Assembly: GCF_009914755.1 (NCBI RefSeq)
Contig: NC_060925.1
Length of the DNA stretch: 64,000 nucleotides
Strand: one strand, 5' to 3'
From: the human T2T-CHM13v2.0 reference genome, Homo sapiens
Of the stretch, positions 13,431-28,107 are shown piece by piece. The notes beneath the pieces were generated by a model, which did no database searches, was not told the DNA's origin, and saw only the letters and a program-made list of their open reading frames with translations. The translations under genes and the position numbers were made by a program. The stretch's first letter is position 1; each line of letters opens with the position of its first letter.

Positions 13431-15714
13431 TAACTAGACCCCTTGATGTGGTCTCATTTTTTTCCCCCTAAACTCCATTCAGATTTCAGGGAACAGTTGA
13501 TTTTTTCTTTGGCAAGGAATTAATTCTTCCTCTTCTACCACATTTTTAGCCACAGAGTGACTTAAAATAATCACGAAAAATTTCAAGAGGCAGCTCGGCT
13601 GGTTGCTTCTCCCTTTTGAGGAACCATCTGTCAAAGATGACAATTCTGGAGAAGATATAAATTGTGGACCTCACTCTTAGACGTGTCTCTCTTGAGAACT
13701 ATGGGTGTGACCTAGAGCAGATCGTGTCCCTCTGAGCCTTGTTTTTCCCTCGTGAGAAGGGAAAGGCTATCACCTTATAAAGATCTTTGTAGCCGTGTCA
13801 TCCTATGACTATATATTTTTAGATGTAAGCATTATTTCCTCCCTGAAAAAGCAACAAAATATCCAACATGTCCATGGCATTATTCTATGATATGATATTT
13901 AAATAAAATTGAGTAAATTTTGCAAACAAGAATTACAAGTAGATTTAAAAGGCAAAATATCAACATAAATGTATCATTCTTCATATTTTCCAGGTAAAAC
14001 ATAGATTTTAATGTGTGCATAGTGTTTTATCCATTTTCTTGAATATTTCTAATTTATTATAGCAACATAATCTAATCCTAGACTGATTTCCCTAAGGGAT
14101 TAGTCAACATTTATTTTAATGCCTTTTAAATCTTTGGGTTCATAAAATCTTACATGTCTCAATTTAAATCAAATCTTGATTTCCTGGAAATCCTGGTTAA
14201 TGTCAACAATCCCTTGAATCCTTAAAGGGTAGCTGATAACTCATGGAAATATTTGAAGCAGATTAATTTTCAGTGATCACAGCTTTCCCACATGGAGAGC
14301 AATATATTTTTAACTTCGTTGATTCACACATTTTAATGAGGAAAACAAAACCAAACTTTTCAGTCAGTCATCATAATGAGCACTTTTTGTTTTATGATGC
14401 TACAATATTAATAGCTAATTTATTCATTTTGGTTAATCTCTCAAATCTAAATGGTGTTAATCATTCTTTTGTTTTTTCCTCCACATCATTGTTAAAGATT
14501 GCATTTATGCTCATTCATTCATAAATGCTCTTCAGCATTTTTATATTCTAGTTTTCTATCATGCTGTCCAAAAATGCAAGGGCAAATAAGGTGTTAAAAT
14601 ATATATGTATTAAAATATATATATTTAGTATGTACATTGAATTATAGTATATATTTTATATACGAATATACGTCGATTTAAATATGTGTGTAGTATACAT
14701 TCATATGTATGTACCTGCTTACCAGTTGTATTATAAGCCTAAAATCAGCAAGGACTATATTGTCTTACATTATTGTATCACTTCCTGTCTCCCGTCTCTA
14801 ATAAAATAATGTTCTGCTCGTTGGGAAAGGAATAGCCAATGATGACTCATTGCTACCATTTCAGATAGTAGAGTAGCAGTGCTAAAGAACAAAATCCAAC
14901 CTATAACATCTAAAGAGAAGTTCCTTTCGCATTAGCTAGGGCACAATGAGGTAGTTAACGTTTAGCACCATCACCATCATCGTCATCAACATTTTCATCA
15001 ATCAAATATAATAATCTGGGAACTCCTGGGTGGACTGTTCCAAGGTGACCTTCATGTCTGTCTCACTCATTTGTGTTCCTCCATTCAGGGAGGACATGGG
15101 AGAAGAAGATCATGGGGAAGAAGATGGCTCCACAGGCTTTTCTCCATGGATTTTAGAAACACCCTCTAAAGCTCCTCCTTTGAGAACTGTTAGAAGCCTG
15201 GAAGATGAGGGAAAGGTGAGAAAACATATAAAGACACAGAAAAAAATTGCAAATCAGAATGCAGTCCATTTGAACAAGAGAATCCTAAGAAAGAACAAAG
15301 TGGGGGATGGTGAAGAAGAAAAGAGGAAAGGTCTAGAAGGGAATTTGGGACAGAGCCTGCCCTGGAAAGACTGATCAGCAGCTTCTTGGGGGAGACACGT
15401 GGATGACATAAGTAACACAGGTAAGCTTGCAGGCTTTCCTATAGTCTGTGAGTCCCCGTGTTGATTGATTTATTCAAAATGAGAATTCTGTGGCATGATG
15501 ATAACACCACAACTTTAGAAATCTTACTTTAGACCTGTAACACTCCCGTACAGACTTTTAAATAATTTTAAATAGAAGCTGGACCTAAAGTTGTATAAGA
15601 AAATGTCTGGAGATTTTGATTTGCTGCTTGTAAAAGTGAAGTCACAGTTATGAAAAGCCCATTTAGTTAGGAATTGTTGATATGGCTAACCAGTTCAGTC
15701 AGGCCGTATACCTC

Positions 15715-16108
15715 TGATAGAGCTTGGATCTGTGTCCCCACCCAAATCTCATGCTGAAATGCAATCCCCAGTGCTAGAGGTAAGGCCTGCTGGGAAGTGA
15801 TTGGATCAAGGGAGCAGATTTCCCCCTTGGTGCTGTTTTCGTGATAGTGAATGAGTTCTTGTGAGATCTGATTGTTTAAAAGTGTGTGGCTCCTCCCCCA
15901 CCTTCTTCCTCCTGCTCTTGCTGTGTAAGACACCTGCTCCTGCTTTGCCTTCCGCCATGAGTAAAAGCTCCCTGAGGCCTCCCCAGAAGCAGATGCTGCC
16001 ATGTTTCCTGTACAGCCTGCAGAACCGTGAGCCAATTAAATCTGTTTTCTTTATAAATTACCCAGTCTCAGATATTCCTTTATATTAGTGCGAGAACAAA
16101 CTAATACA
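15715..16108 (+). mobile_element. MSTA-like MaLR solo LTR
   Basis: TGATAG...TGTGTCCCCACCCAAATCTCAT...AAATTACCCAGTCTCAG...CTAATACA. Confidence 0.9.
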
Positions 16109-16419
16109 CCTCCCAGCCTAAGTCAGGTGACTGCACAGAGTGGTACAGACAAACTGTCAGGATGAAGACTTTCCTGAGGTTAACATTAGTCTTATTCACC
16201 CACAAAGAGTCAGGATGCCTTTGACCTTGAGACACTGCCAACCCTTGCCCCACCACCACCTCACAGATCAAGTTAACTGTGGTTTTCCAGAGGACAACAC
16301 CATTGACGTCAAGGGCCAGCCAGTTTTAAAGGCAGCATCAGAAGATGTCGTGGTTCTTGGCTGATAAACTACACTTGCTCATTGGAAATAGAGGTATCAA
16401 AGCATTCTTGTTGCCTTCT

Positions 16420-16635
16420 CTAAAGCGCTAGATCACAAAATGCAGTGTGTATCAGAATTTCCCAGGCTGCTTGTTGATATTTACAATTTTGTTTGGAATT
16501 CCCACCCTCTCATCTCCCCTTCCCCCCAGCTACTGATTCCTCGGGTCTGGAGTAGGTCCAGGAATCTGCACTTTAATCAGTCCTTCCAGGTGATTTTAAT
16601 GCAGGTGGTCTAAACACTAGCAGAAATACTGCTGA
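16420..16635. mobile_element. MER5-like hAT MITE
   Basis: GGTCTGGAGTAGGTCCAGGAATCTGCACTTT...CCAGGTGATT. Confidence 0.7.
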
Positions 16636-16640
16636 GATAG

Positions 16641-16927
<287 letters not shown>

Positions 16928-17054
16928 CCAGTGTATTTTTTTTTAATGTTATACTATCTCTTTAATGTTTGCCACATTTTAGGTTTTCCAAGTATTAACC
17001 CTAGGAAATAAGAATCTTTACCATCAATACTAAAGCCTCATATCATTTCAAGGA

Positions 17055-17056
<2 letters not shown>

Positions 17057-17100
<44 letters not shown>
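17057..17100. repeat. (GT)22 microsatellite
   Basis: Direct reading. Confidence 0.97.
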
Positions 17101-17103
<3 letters not shown>

Positions 17104-17739
17104 TAGACATTGGTATAGAGGATAACTATTCAGAGGGCCTTGAACTTGGGCCCCCTGTGACCACATAATTTGACTGGTCTCTGTCTACCCTGGTGTTGCT
17201 GGATGAGAAGTACACTTGCAGAAGTGATGGCTCTATATGAGGGAAATTAAAGTACTAATGCTGGGGCATGGAACTAGTTGATAGTTCAAAGTGACATCAT
17301 GACTATTTCTATTTCTATTTCCTGAAGGTGAACAAGTTGATAGTCATTTAAAAGGATGAGTTTTTCTGAGGACACCCAGAAAAAAGAAAGGTATCTATAA
17401 AATCAACTTGTTGGTATTCTTTAAATTCATTCAGATTCACTCCTGTATGCTTTCAGGAATAGTGCAGGGAGGAGGCTGCTGACATAGCAGACTGCATTTC
17501 CTTGGGCTTCAGCTCCTTGATGCTTTTTGGTGGTCAAGATTGAGGGCTTACCTTTGAGAAGCAGCTGCGGTTGCTACCCAGGTGAACCAAGAACGAGGGA
17601 TCGGGTCCACTGCTGTCTCCCAGAAGCTCAGACATGCCTGGAGCACAGTAGGTTCTTAATCAGTATTTGTTGAATGAATTAATGTCCTGATACATTGATT
17701 GTTAATGTTCTTTTAACATAAAGTATTTAAGCTTTTTAA

Positions 17740-18054
<315 letters not shown>

Positions 18055-18538
18055 GAAAATTTGACTTTTAAAATAGTATTCTAAATGTTCTCCATATCTT
18101 TGTTGGCAAAGACATGGATGTTTTCACATTGTTATAATCGAACTCAAAAGTCGTTTCATGAATCTGAATTTGTTCTCCAAAAATGTTCTGCGTGAGCTCC
18201 AGGCAACCCTTCATTTCTCTCTCCGCTCTGTGCTGCCTCTCCGTGCCGCCTCTCCCACCTCCAGCACTGCAAAACATTACTCTCCTTCAGACCTCCAACC
18301 GGCTCCTGCCCTCCTGCCCACAGTCTGGCTTTCCCAAGGCTTCTCAATTAAAACCACAGCTCCAGGGAATGAAGAGGAAAGAAATTATTCCAGTTGCCTT
18401 AGATCTGTCTGAATGAGAATTTTTCTGGGGTAAATTCAGCTAAAATGATTTTGTAGCCCTTTCCTCTTCCTTTGAAGATACTTGGGTTTTAAGAAAGACT
18501 GATAACTCGCACTCCTCAACTCACCTCTTGCCCCTCAA

Positions 18539-18584
18539 ACACACACACACATATGCATACACACACACACACACACACACACAC
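18539..18584. repeat. Interrupted (CA)n microsatellite
   Basis: Direct reading. Confidence 0.9.
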
Positions 18585-18729
18585 CCTACTGTTGTCTAAG
18601 ACAAAGTCCAATTAATTGTCTATGGGCGTGTCCCCAAATCTTTATCTTCTCAGAAACATTCTTATCTGACTTTGTCATCAGAGACATGAAAAGTAAGTTT
18701 CCTATCTTCTTGGCTATGGCTCTTTCTAG

Positions 18730-19046
<317 letters not shown>

Positions 19047-19682
19047 TAATGTGGTTTTAAATTCAAAATGATCTACACTATATTTCTTAAAAATGAGAAG
19101 AAAAACCAGCAGAGAAACATTTTTAGCCTGTATTTTTTAAATCTTCATTAACAGTTCTTCCATCCCAGGGGGCTTTACCAGCTCTTGTTTTGAATCTTGC
19201 CCCAGAGCTGTCCTAACTGCCCAGAAGGTTCAGCAGTGTCCCTTTGCTGAAAACAATCTAATGTGGCTCCAAATTTGCCTATTTAAGAAGGACAGAAGTC
19301 ACCATCTAATTATCAGCCATGGCAAGAAAGCATCTGGGTAAATGGAGCTCATATAGTTAAGTGAGAAAAGTAGGACTTTCCAAATTGCAATTAGGTAGTT
19401 GACTAACAATGTGAACATCCCATAATGACCAGAAGGGTCAAGCATGCTGCCTCCTTTTGTTCTTTGCTGTCTGTGCTTTTATTCTCTCTGTCCTCTCCTC
19501 TCCGACCTGTCAGTGTGGGTTTCTGGAGACACATACATAATGGGGGGGAAATTATTGTGGAATAAACACACAAGATAATGAGATGAAGTGGTTGACAACA
19601 TGCTACACAAACACAAGAGGCTACAACAATAGTCATGGTTTTCTTCTAGAAAGTGTATAAAACAGCATTATAAATCAAGCAT

Positions 19683-20135
19683 TGTATTAGTCAGGGTTCC
19701 CTAGAGAGACAGAACTAATAGGAGATAGATCGATATACAGATATTTAGATAATATATATTTCATTAAGTATTAACTTACACAATCACAAGTTCCCACAAT
19801 AGGTCGTCTGTAAGCTTGAGGAGCAAGGAGAGCCCGTCCGAGTTTCAAAACTGAAGAACTTGGAGTCTGATGTTCAAGGGCAGGAAGCATCCAGCACAGG
19901 AGAAAGATGTAGGCTGGGAGAATAGACCATTCTCTCCTTTGCACATTTTTCTGCCTGCTTTATATTTGCTGGCAGCTGATTAGATTGTGCCCACCAGATT
20001 AAGGGTGGGTCTACCTTCCCCAGCCCACTGACTCAAATGTTAATCTCCTTTGGCAACACCCTCACAGACACAACCAGGATCAATACTTTGCATCCTTCGA
20101 TCCAATTAAGTTGACACTCAGTATTAAACATCACA
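19683..20135 (-). mobile_element. MLT2A-like (HERV-L) solo LTR
   Basis: TGTATTAGTCAGGGTTC...CATCACA with a perfect 5-bp TSD AGCAT. Confidence 0.9.
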
Positions 20136-20329
20136 AGCATGCTTTTCTTCCTTTTTTCTTTTTTTTTCCTTTTCTCTTTTTCTTTTCCCTTATGTGATAA
20201 TTTCAAGAAGTATCATCTTCATTTCTAATAGACAAAGGCCTGAATCAAAACTACCCCCCTTTATTTATCTGTCAAGGAGTTAATGAGAAACAAACACTTA
20301 AAAGCATTATAGAGCCTTCTTTATTTCAG

Positions 20330-20720
20330 AGAATCTTAAAGGGGAAAGGGACTTCAGAGCTTATCTATTGCATTGGTTCTTAAATGTGGTTTCACTGGAT
20401 CCACAACTAGAGATTCTGATTGTGTAGGCTGGGATGGAATCCCGGAATGTATTCATTTAAGGAGCCCCAGAGTTGTCCTGCTGTCCAATATGGGCAAATC
20501 TAGTCCAAACATCTTGTTTTTTACAGGAGAAACTAGAGACCACAGAGACTAAGTGAATTATTAAAGAGTCACTTAAGTCTCTTTTGAAATAAAAATAATT
20601 TTTTTTATTATTCAGCAATCTCTATCACATGCCTACTATGTGCTATAATCTATATTAGGCAATGATAGTATAAAGATAAATAAGACAAACAGTTTGTCCT
20701 CAATTATCTAGTCAAGGCAA
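20330..20720. mobile_element. MIR / MER5 / L2 fragments
   Basis: Degenerate motifs (GAGATTCTGATT, ACAGGAGAAACTAGAG, CCTACTATGTGC). Confidence 0.45.
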
Positions 20721-23700
20721 ATAATCATCAAATTATTAAATGAGTTAATGCATATTAAAAGCACTTGCAAACTATAAAATGTTAGTTTTATATTACGTGT
20801 AATTATTGCTTCTTACATTTAAAACCTGGAATTTTATGTGAAGTAAATACTTCTGCATTTTTTTTCTTCTCAGGAAATAGTGGTAAATGTTTTGATATAT
20901 GATGGAGCAACTCAAGGATTCCACATCATTAATTTGGGAAGACTGAAAAATAACTTCCGTGTTATTTTAGCTGAACCAACCAACCAGAAACCCCCACGGC
21001 CCTAGCTCAACTGACCCATGCATATATACCCATGTACTCTCATGTATATCTACACAATCATCAATATGAGAAAAGGGCAAAGTAAGAGCCTCTGGACTTT
21101 TCCAGATTGTTCTGCTGCCCCTTTGCAGAAGATATAAGATGACAACAATTATTTTGGGGGTATTGAGATTCTGAACATCTATTTCATTTCCAACAACAAG
21201 TCAATGTCTTTGCTGAGTGCTATTCTCTCGATGGCCTCACTTCTACTAACCCTTGTGTCTGCTGTGATGCAGACACCCCTCTGCAAACCCAACAGTGAAA
21301 ACATATGGCACTGTGGGTATTGAGCTGGACAGGACTTAATTCCTTTTCCATTCCCTTAGCTAGCACCGGTGCATTTACTCCCTGATAGAGTGCTCTAGAA
21401 GATTAGCAACGGCATTCATTTTCCGCTAACTGCACACAAACACTGTGAGCCGACTCGGGCTTACTGATGCCTCAGACAATTCTGTTTTCCAAGTTTGCTT
21501 TTCATTCTTCTATGTCTTTTCTTGTGCCATTTGACCCAGTATTTCAACTCCGTAGAAAACTAACTTTGGGATTCTTTTCGTTTATATTCAGATTCTCTTG
21601 TCTCCCATTTTGGGCAGAATCTTACTAATAAATGCTTAAACAGCAACTCCACAATTATGAGTGGGTTTTCATTACCAGACTAAACACCAACTAACTAGTT
21701 ATATAAGTAGTCCTTGACTGGCTTAATAAAAATGTATTTTACTGTTAAGAACAAATAATAGAAGGGAAAATCTTTGTGACAGAGCCTTAATGCCAATGAG
21801 AAAGGGTTAAGGATATTATATTTTTGAGTGCATCAGTAACTTTTTGAGAACAGCATCCTAAAGGATGATGATCACCTTTTCTACAAATTATCGTTCCGTC
21901 CTATTTTCTGGAAAAAAATCCTGAGATGGGTGGATCATAAGTCTCACTTCAAATGGCCTCTGATGTGATTGTTTTTAAGAAAGAACACAGATGTGTATAT
22001 AGGCTTGATGTCCCCGAAGGAGAATTACTCATAGGTTTATAATGTTAGTTATCCTACAGTTGGCCTTACTCATTTCTTTATTCTCATCTATATCCAGGAT
22101 GAATTAAATGAAATTACCCTAGACTAGAATGTGCTGGAGACTTTAGTCTCAAGAAAAGGAATCCCTTCGTGGCACTTCAATCATGCATTTCCTCTTGGAG
22201 TCTAATTCTGGAGGGAGATGATCCCCCTGGGTGACAAAGCCTCCAACCCACCACTTTCTCAGAGCCAAAGTTTTATCTCAGGTTTGCTCTCAAACACTAT
22301 GTATCATGCATCCGTGGCCATCTTTCAAGCTCTTTTCCTGTTGATTGCCTTAAAACTGGGAAATGGTTCACTGAACAAAGGCAGTCCCCCAAGGCCAAGC
22401 AGTGTGCAACACGCTAATAAATATTCAAGCCAATGTCTTTCAAATGTTATTGTGAATCATCTTTCCCTCCTTCCTTCCCATGGTTCAGTCATCTTGCTGG
22501 CTCCAAATTTTCACCTTTTGTCTCAGGCCTCAGCTGCCTCCAGTTTACTGCATATGACTGCAATTGTCTTTGTCTCCTTTATCCGCTTCACTGTGTCTCA
22601 TTTTCCTAAAGTATCTGGCACCCACTTTTCCACAACATTGTTCCTTTGTTCCAGGAAAAAAAAAAAATTGGAAGCAGCAGAAACACAGTTCCAAAGGCCA
22701 CAGGGTGACATCCTCTCTCACCTGATCTTTATTCATATCTGGCTTTTAATTGCATTTTTTTCCCCATTTCTCAAGCACCATACACCTCCCTTCCTCCCTG
22801 ACAGGAAGGAGCATTTTATTTCTCATTCAAAACGCTTTCCTACTGATCTCTATTCTTCAGAAGCTCCAGAGGTCCCTTGTTACCTGTTGGTTTTTCTCAT
22901 GTTGGTTGATCTGTTGGCCTTGCTGTAGTTTATTGCCTTTTCAACCTTTTTTTCCCTCCTCTTTCCGAACTTAGACCAGAACTTACAACCTGCTGTCTTT
23001 TCTCATCTTCACTATCATTATCTTCAGACTGAATCTTCCCAAAATGGATTTTTTTACCAACCTCGTCCTCTTTCAAGAAACAAAGAGGAGAATTATGTGA
23101 TGGTTTCCACTGTCGGAGCGTCTGTGGCTTTGTTTGAGCGAGAGCTTCAAATCCAAAGCTAAACCTTGACTGAACACACAAACTCAATTGACGAGAGGAG
23201 TACCCATGTTCAAGCCCACCAATTGGCCGAGGACACAATCAGAGGGTTATTGGCAGGTATCTTCTTATCTCCCTGGTGCACTGAAAAAACTCAATTCATT
23301 AAAATAATAAAAAAAAGATCTTGGTCCCTCATGTGAGCGGCATGTGATTTTCCATGAACGTTCGGCTCAGAAGGCATCGTGCCTATTATACATTCCATTT
23401 ATAAATCAAACACCCCTCGTCCTGCGGCTGCACGCTGACATGTCAGCGAGGTTTGGGTCAGCCGCACACACTTCCACGTGAACAGCAGATGAAGGCAAAG
23501 AGACAGGGAAGCGGCTCTTTCTTCCCCCCCTTTTCCACCAGTAATAGGCAGCTTGAACGTTAAAATTGGGCTGAGACTCCAAAACCAAAGTCCCATGAAC
23601 CATAGAAGCAAAGAGACTTGAGATAAAAGACAGGATCTGTCTGTTCTCTTGGATCCTTCACCTTTCTTTCTCTCCCCTTCATCATGTTCATTGGAAAGTA

Positions 23701-26700
23701 AAGTATGTGCATGTGTGTGTGAATTAAAGAATATATCTAGGAAAAGATGGGATAAAATCTAGCCCAAGACTTTGGTTTCTAAAACCTGTGAAGGTGGTTT
23801 GGGCCTGGGACTCTAGGGCTTTGTCCATGCCCAGAAGTGAAAACAGAAAGAGGACTTTCAGGTTCCCAATCAGAAGGCCATGGAGGGTCCCGCTGAGTAG
23901 CTCCACCATGAAGGCAACAGGTACCAAGTCAGCCCAGCCACATTTTAAAGGCACATCGCAGCTCCTTGCTGCATGTGGAACTAGTTTGATCTTGTAGCCT
24001 CCTATCCATGTCAAAACATGCAATTTACCAAGATCTACTGAGGAGAAGATTTCATTAAAGAAATTAATTTCCTACAGAACAAGGTATGTCAAAATTTTCC
24101 AATCTTTTCTCCCTTGCCCCCACTCACATCACTCATAACCCTATTTATCTAGTCATGAATAATAGGAAACAAAATTGAGGTGGGGTGGGGTGGGCAAAGG
24201 AGAGCTCTGCCTGTAACTTGTATTTCCTTTGGACTTTTCTTTACCTACTGTACTAGATAAGAACCAGAGAGGAAATGAGTTGAGGGGATCGAGAAAGATA
24301 AGAACCTACCAACAATGAGAGGTTCTGAAATTATACATTATCAGAAAATGGTCACATGTCATGGGTATTGATCCTATATACAAACAAGGGAAAACTGAAG
24401 GGGGAAAGGAGATATTGAAAAGTGGTGGTAACATAATTTTCTACCTACTTTTTTCATATGCCATGTCCTAAGACGTACAGGTCTCCCTGCTCCCCAGGCT
24501 TTGAGAAATATAGAATAAATAATTCAGTAAAACCTTATAAAAGGAAAAAAAGTAAAGACAAGGCAGAATACAACTAATTATTTCCATTTGAGCAATAAAA
24601 TATTGTCAAAACAAATAGGCCATAACATGGTAAGCTAAGAGGACTTATCACTAACATTTCCCACCCAAAGTTCAAATCTGAAGTTATGGTCTAGAATTCA
24701 AATGAATTGTAGGAGAAATGGATTGTGTCAGATACATCTGTCTCATTGTAGGGTTAGTTGTCATACAGAACAATCTTTTTCAACCTTTGGTTGATGTTTG
24801 AATTGGCATTTACTGCAGTTTTTCAAAAAAATAGATTATAGATAGATTGAGCAAAATATTGAGGGTCTAAGCACTTGAATTTGAAAAAAATAAAAATCCT
24901 CAGATAGTTCTAGTATGTATCACAAGTTGAAAACCATTGAAATAGTGACTTGGCTCATATTTAAGGGCTTTAAATAACAAGTAATAAATGATTATTTGAA
25001 CAAAGACTTGTCATTCTGTACTCCCTCTTCTAGTAACAAGAATGAATCTATGTTTACTTGGCTCCCCTTTATGGCACGGCATTTGCCAGAGGTGGTAGAA
25101 CTGAGAAAGGAAAGCTGATTGTCTTGGAACTGTAGGCCAACACTCCCCTAGCAGCAGAAAGACTATACTGCCTGTACTTATCAGTCACAAAATGAGCACA
25201 CTGTAGCCTGCCTGGGTTTCGCATAATTATTATTATTAAAGGCAGTGTTTGTTTATTACTGTTTTCATTAAGTACCATAACTAAATTGAAGATATTTTTT
25301 CTTAGATGGTACATAATGTACACCTACTGAGCATTTTTATGTTAGAATCTGACATTTTTTAGGATGGTTTCTAATTCTTTAACGAACTGAGTACAGATGA
25401 CTTATGTCTTCAATGTAGATATTCATCTGATTTTGCAAAGTCAGCTTCTGCCTTGGTTGGCAACATCACAGGATGCATAAAACAAGAAATGGTAGTTGCA
25501 GGAGCATAAAATATAATGGATTAATATTTAAGGTAGTTAATTTGCTTAGAAGCAACATTTAGAAAAAATATGTCCCATTTCCTTACAAATGTGCTGCAAC
25601 CAGTTAAGAAGCATTTATCCCTAGAATATCATGCTATACATAAGTTACTAGCATAGAATGCAACATTAATAATGTTTCTTAAACTTAAAAAATTGTTTGT
25701 GCTCTACCTAGATTTATTTTTTTGCCCAGTAACTTAAGTCTATGTAGTTCCTTCTGTTATTTGTCAACCTATTGCACATACCAATATCCAGAGCTTTATC
25801 AAAAGGTCTCAATAAATTTACACTGTGATGTAATCTAGTAATAAAGCATTTAAATAAATGCATATGCTTTCATACAATATTGTAACTGTAAAATGCCTTA
25901 GAGAGCTCTTATACTAAACCTTTCATTAACAAGTAAGAAAACTAAGGCACAAAGAGGTGAGATACAGATGGCCCAGCTGGGATAAAAATCAAGTTTCCTG
26001 ACTCATGGTCCGGTACTTTTCTCCTTAAATCACGCTGCCCTGGTAGTCACTAATTAGCAGGGTTCAGATTAATTAAACAACAGGAGATACTGATTCTTGA
26101 CGAAGAAATCTGACCCACCAGCTTACAACCAACCTAAGATGTGAGCAGAGGAAAGAGAAGCCACAAAAATGTAATAAATTGCAAGGGAAGGAGGTTTATC
26201 TGTACACTATATAGAGGAATGTGGGGGCTCCTTCTTTGGGGCTGGTTAGAAGCCCAGCCAGTCATGATTACTAACATGCAAAAACATAAGAATCATTTTA
26301 GCTATAAATGCCTTCATTAATAAGATACTCAAAGAGAGAACGTTTTTCGTTTCTATGTATCTCAGGTAAGATTAAATCTGAACCAAAACACAAAAATTTA
26401 CCTTCAGTAACAATGCAGGAGCTATCTTGCTCAGTTCAATATAACTCCATAAGAGCAAGAGATCTATAATGCCACACTTAGATCACATTTTGTGTATTAT
26501 GTTTGCCATAAGAAAATTATTCCAGAAATGTTTTGAATGTCAACTAAGACTAGTAAATTTCAATATAGCTTACTAGGAACAGAAAATTATGCTAGCAATC
26601 TTTGTGTTGCCACTGCTTTATTTTAAATTTAAACACTGTATCTATCCATGTTATATATGGATAGTCTAAAGTTTCAAGCAATTCAAAGGCTTATTTTTAA

Positions 26701-26920
26701 AAAAAGTCTCTGACCCCAAAAATACTGTCCAGAGACAATCTCTCTCAATTATTTTAGCTATTTAATTTGTTAATATTATCTTTCAATAACATGATTACTT
26801 GTATGAGTATTCAAAATTAGGCATGAACAATGGACTTCCTCACCTTAGAAATTAAAGATTTAGATTTTCTTCACCACCACTGTACTCATCATCACGATAT
26901 ATATATATGATTTTTGCATA

Positions 26921-27220
26921 TAACTGGCCCTCTGCATCTGCGGATTCAACCAACCATGGATTGGAAATATTCAAAAAAAAAAAACAACTAAAAAATAACA
27001 AAACAAGAATAAAAATTATACAAATTTTTAAAAATACAACAACTATTTACATAGCATTTACATTGCATTAGGGATTATAAGTAATTTAGAGATTATTTAA
27101 ATTGTACAGGAGGATGTGGCTCGGTTATATGCAAATACTACACCATTTTATATAACGGACTTCGTGGATTTTTGTATTCACAGGAATCCTGGAACCAATC
27201 CCCTGCAGACACCGAGACTA
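26921..27220 (-). mobile_element. MER2 (Tigger-family MITE)
   Basis: GGATTCAACCAACC...TTTACATAGCATTTACATTG...CCTGGAACCAATCCCC. Confidence 0.85.
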
Positions 27221-27379
27221 GTGTGTGTGTATAATCATACATATACTTGCTGAGCTCATCACCATCATATATATGTATATTTTCTTTCCCTCTATCCTCC
27301 CAATATAATTACATCTTAACTTTCATATTCAGTGTTTATAGTATTATTACTATGTTTATCCTAATAATAGATGAGCAAC

Positions 27380-28065
27380 TTTATTAAGTTGATTCGAAGA
27401 TTTTTTTCCCCCCTATATTATATCAACTCTGAAAACTGGGTGTGTGGGTGTGTCTTTCAAACTGCTTTTGGCCAGAGAGTCATTGTAATACAGCTGTCAT
27501 TGCATATGTAAAAGTTTGGTCAAAGCTACTGATAATGTCATTACTTCAGGTGAGTTTGTGCATGGTTGGCATTACACATCAACTGAGTTTAACTACCACA
27601 TAAAATATCCTCAAGAAGAATTGGCATTAAAACAAAAAGTTATTGTGTACATGGAAAGACAACAAAAAGAATAATAGAGCATAAATTTACTAGTAATAAA
27701 TGTTTTATATTGGAGGAATGACAGCAGCACAACATTTTCTTGCAAAGCATAATCGAGTACTTTAAAAAATCTAAAACAAGAAGATATCCACAAATAGATG
27801 AAACTATATTATGTTAGTTAATGAGAATATGAAAAGATTCCCTATTATAGCAAATGCAACTAAAGACAGGAAAATACACCAAAACCCTCAGTATAGGTGC
27901 AATAAATTTCAAAGCAGCAGAGACAGATGTGACTGATTAATACATTACACAGAACTAACATTGTCATTCTGTCATTATTTTATTGCAGAGATTTTTCTTT
28001 CTTAGTAGTACATGAAACATTGGTGCATATATAATTGATGGCATCTTAGAGTCAACAAAATATGG
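27380..28065. mobile_element. Tc2/Kanga-like DNA transposon remnant
   Basis: Terminus GATGGCATCTTAGAGTCAACAAAATATGG resembles a Kanga TIR; degenerate internal sequence. Confidence 0.55.
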
Positions 28066-28077
28066 AATATAACACAA

Positions 28078-28107
28078 TTGATCTTAGCCAAAAGGCCGAG
28101 AAGCCAT
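28078..28107 (-). pseudogene. 3'-truncated U2 snRNA pseudogene (nt 1-30)
   Basis: Reverse complement ATGGCTTCTCGGCCTTTTGGCTAAGATCAA equals the U2 5' end with 1 mismatch; flanked by GGAATATAA direct repeats. Confidence 0.9.

Noticed and set aside
14590-14715. AT-rich TA-like tract
   Set aside because: Degenerate low-complexity sequence.
22218-22928. 236-aa ORF
   Set aside because: Leu/Ser/Phe-rich translation of pyrimidine-rich DNA, runs through an A-tract, and has no recognisable domain; likely chance.
22930-23238. 102-aa minus ORF with acidic and basic C-terminus
   Set aside because: No recognised homology or exon context; cannot be supported without a search.
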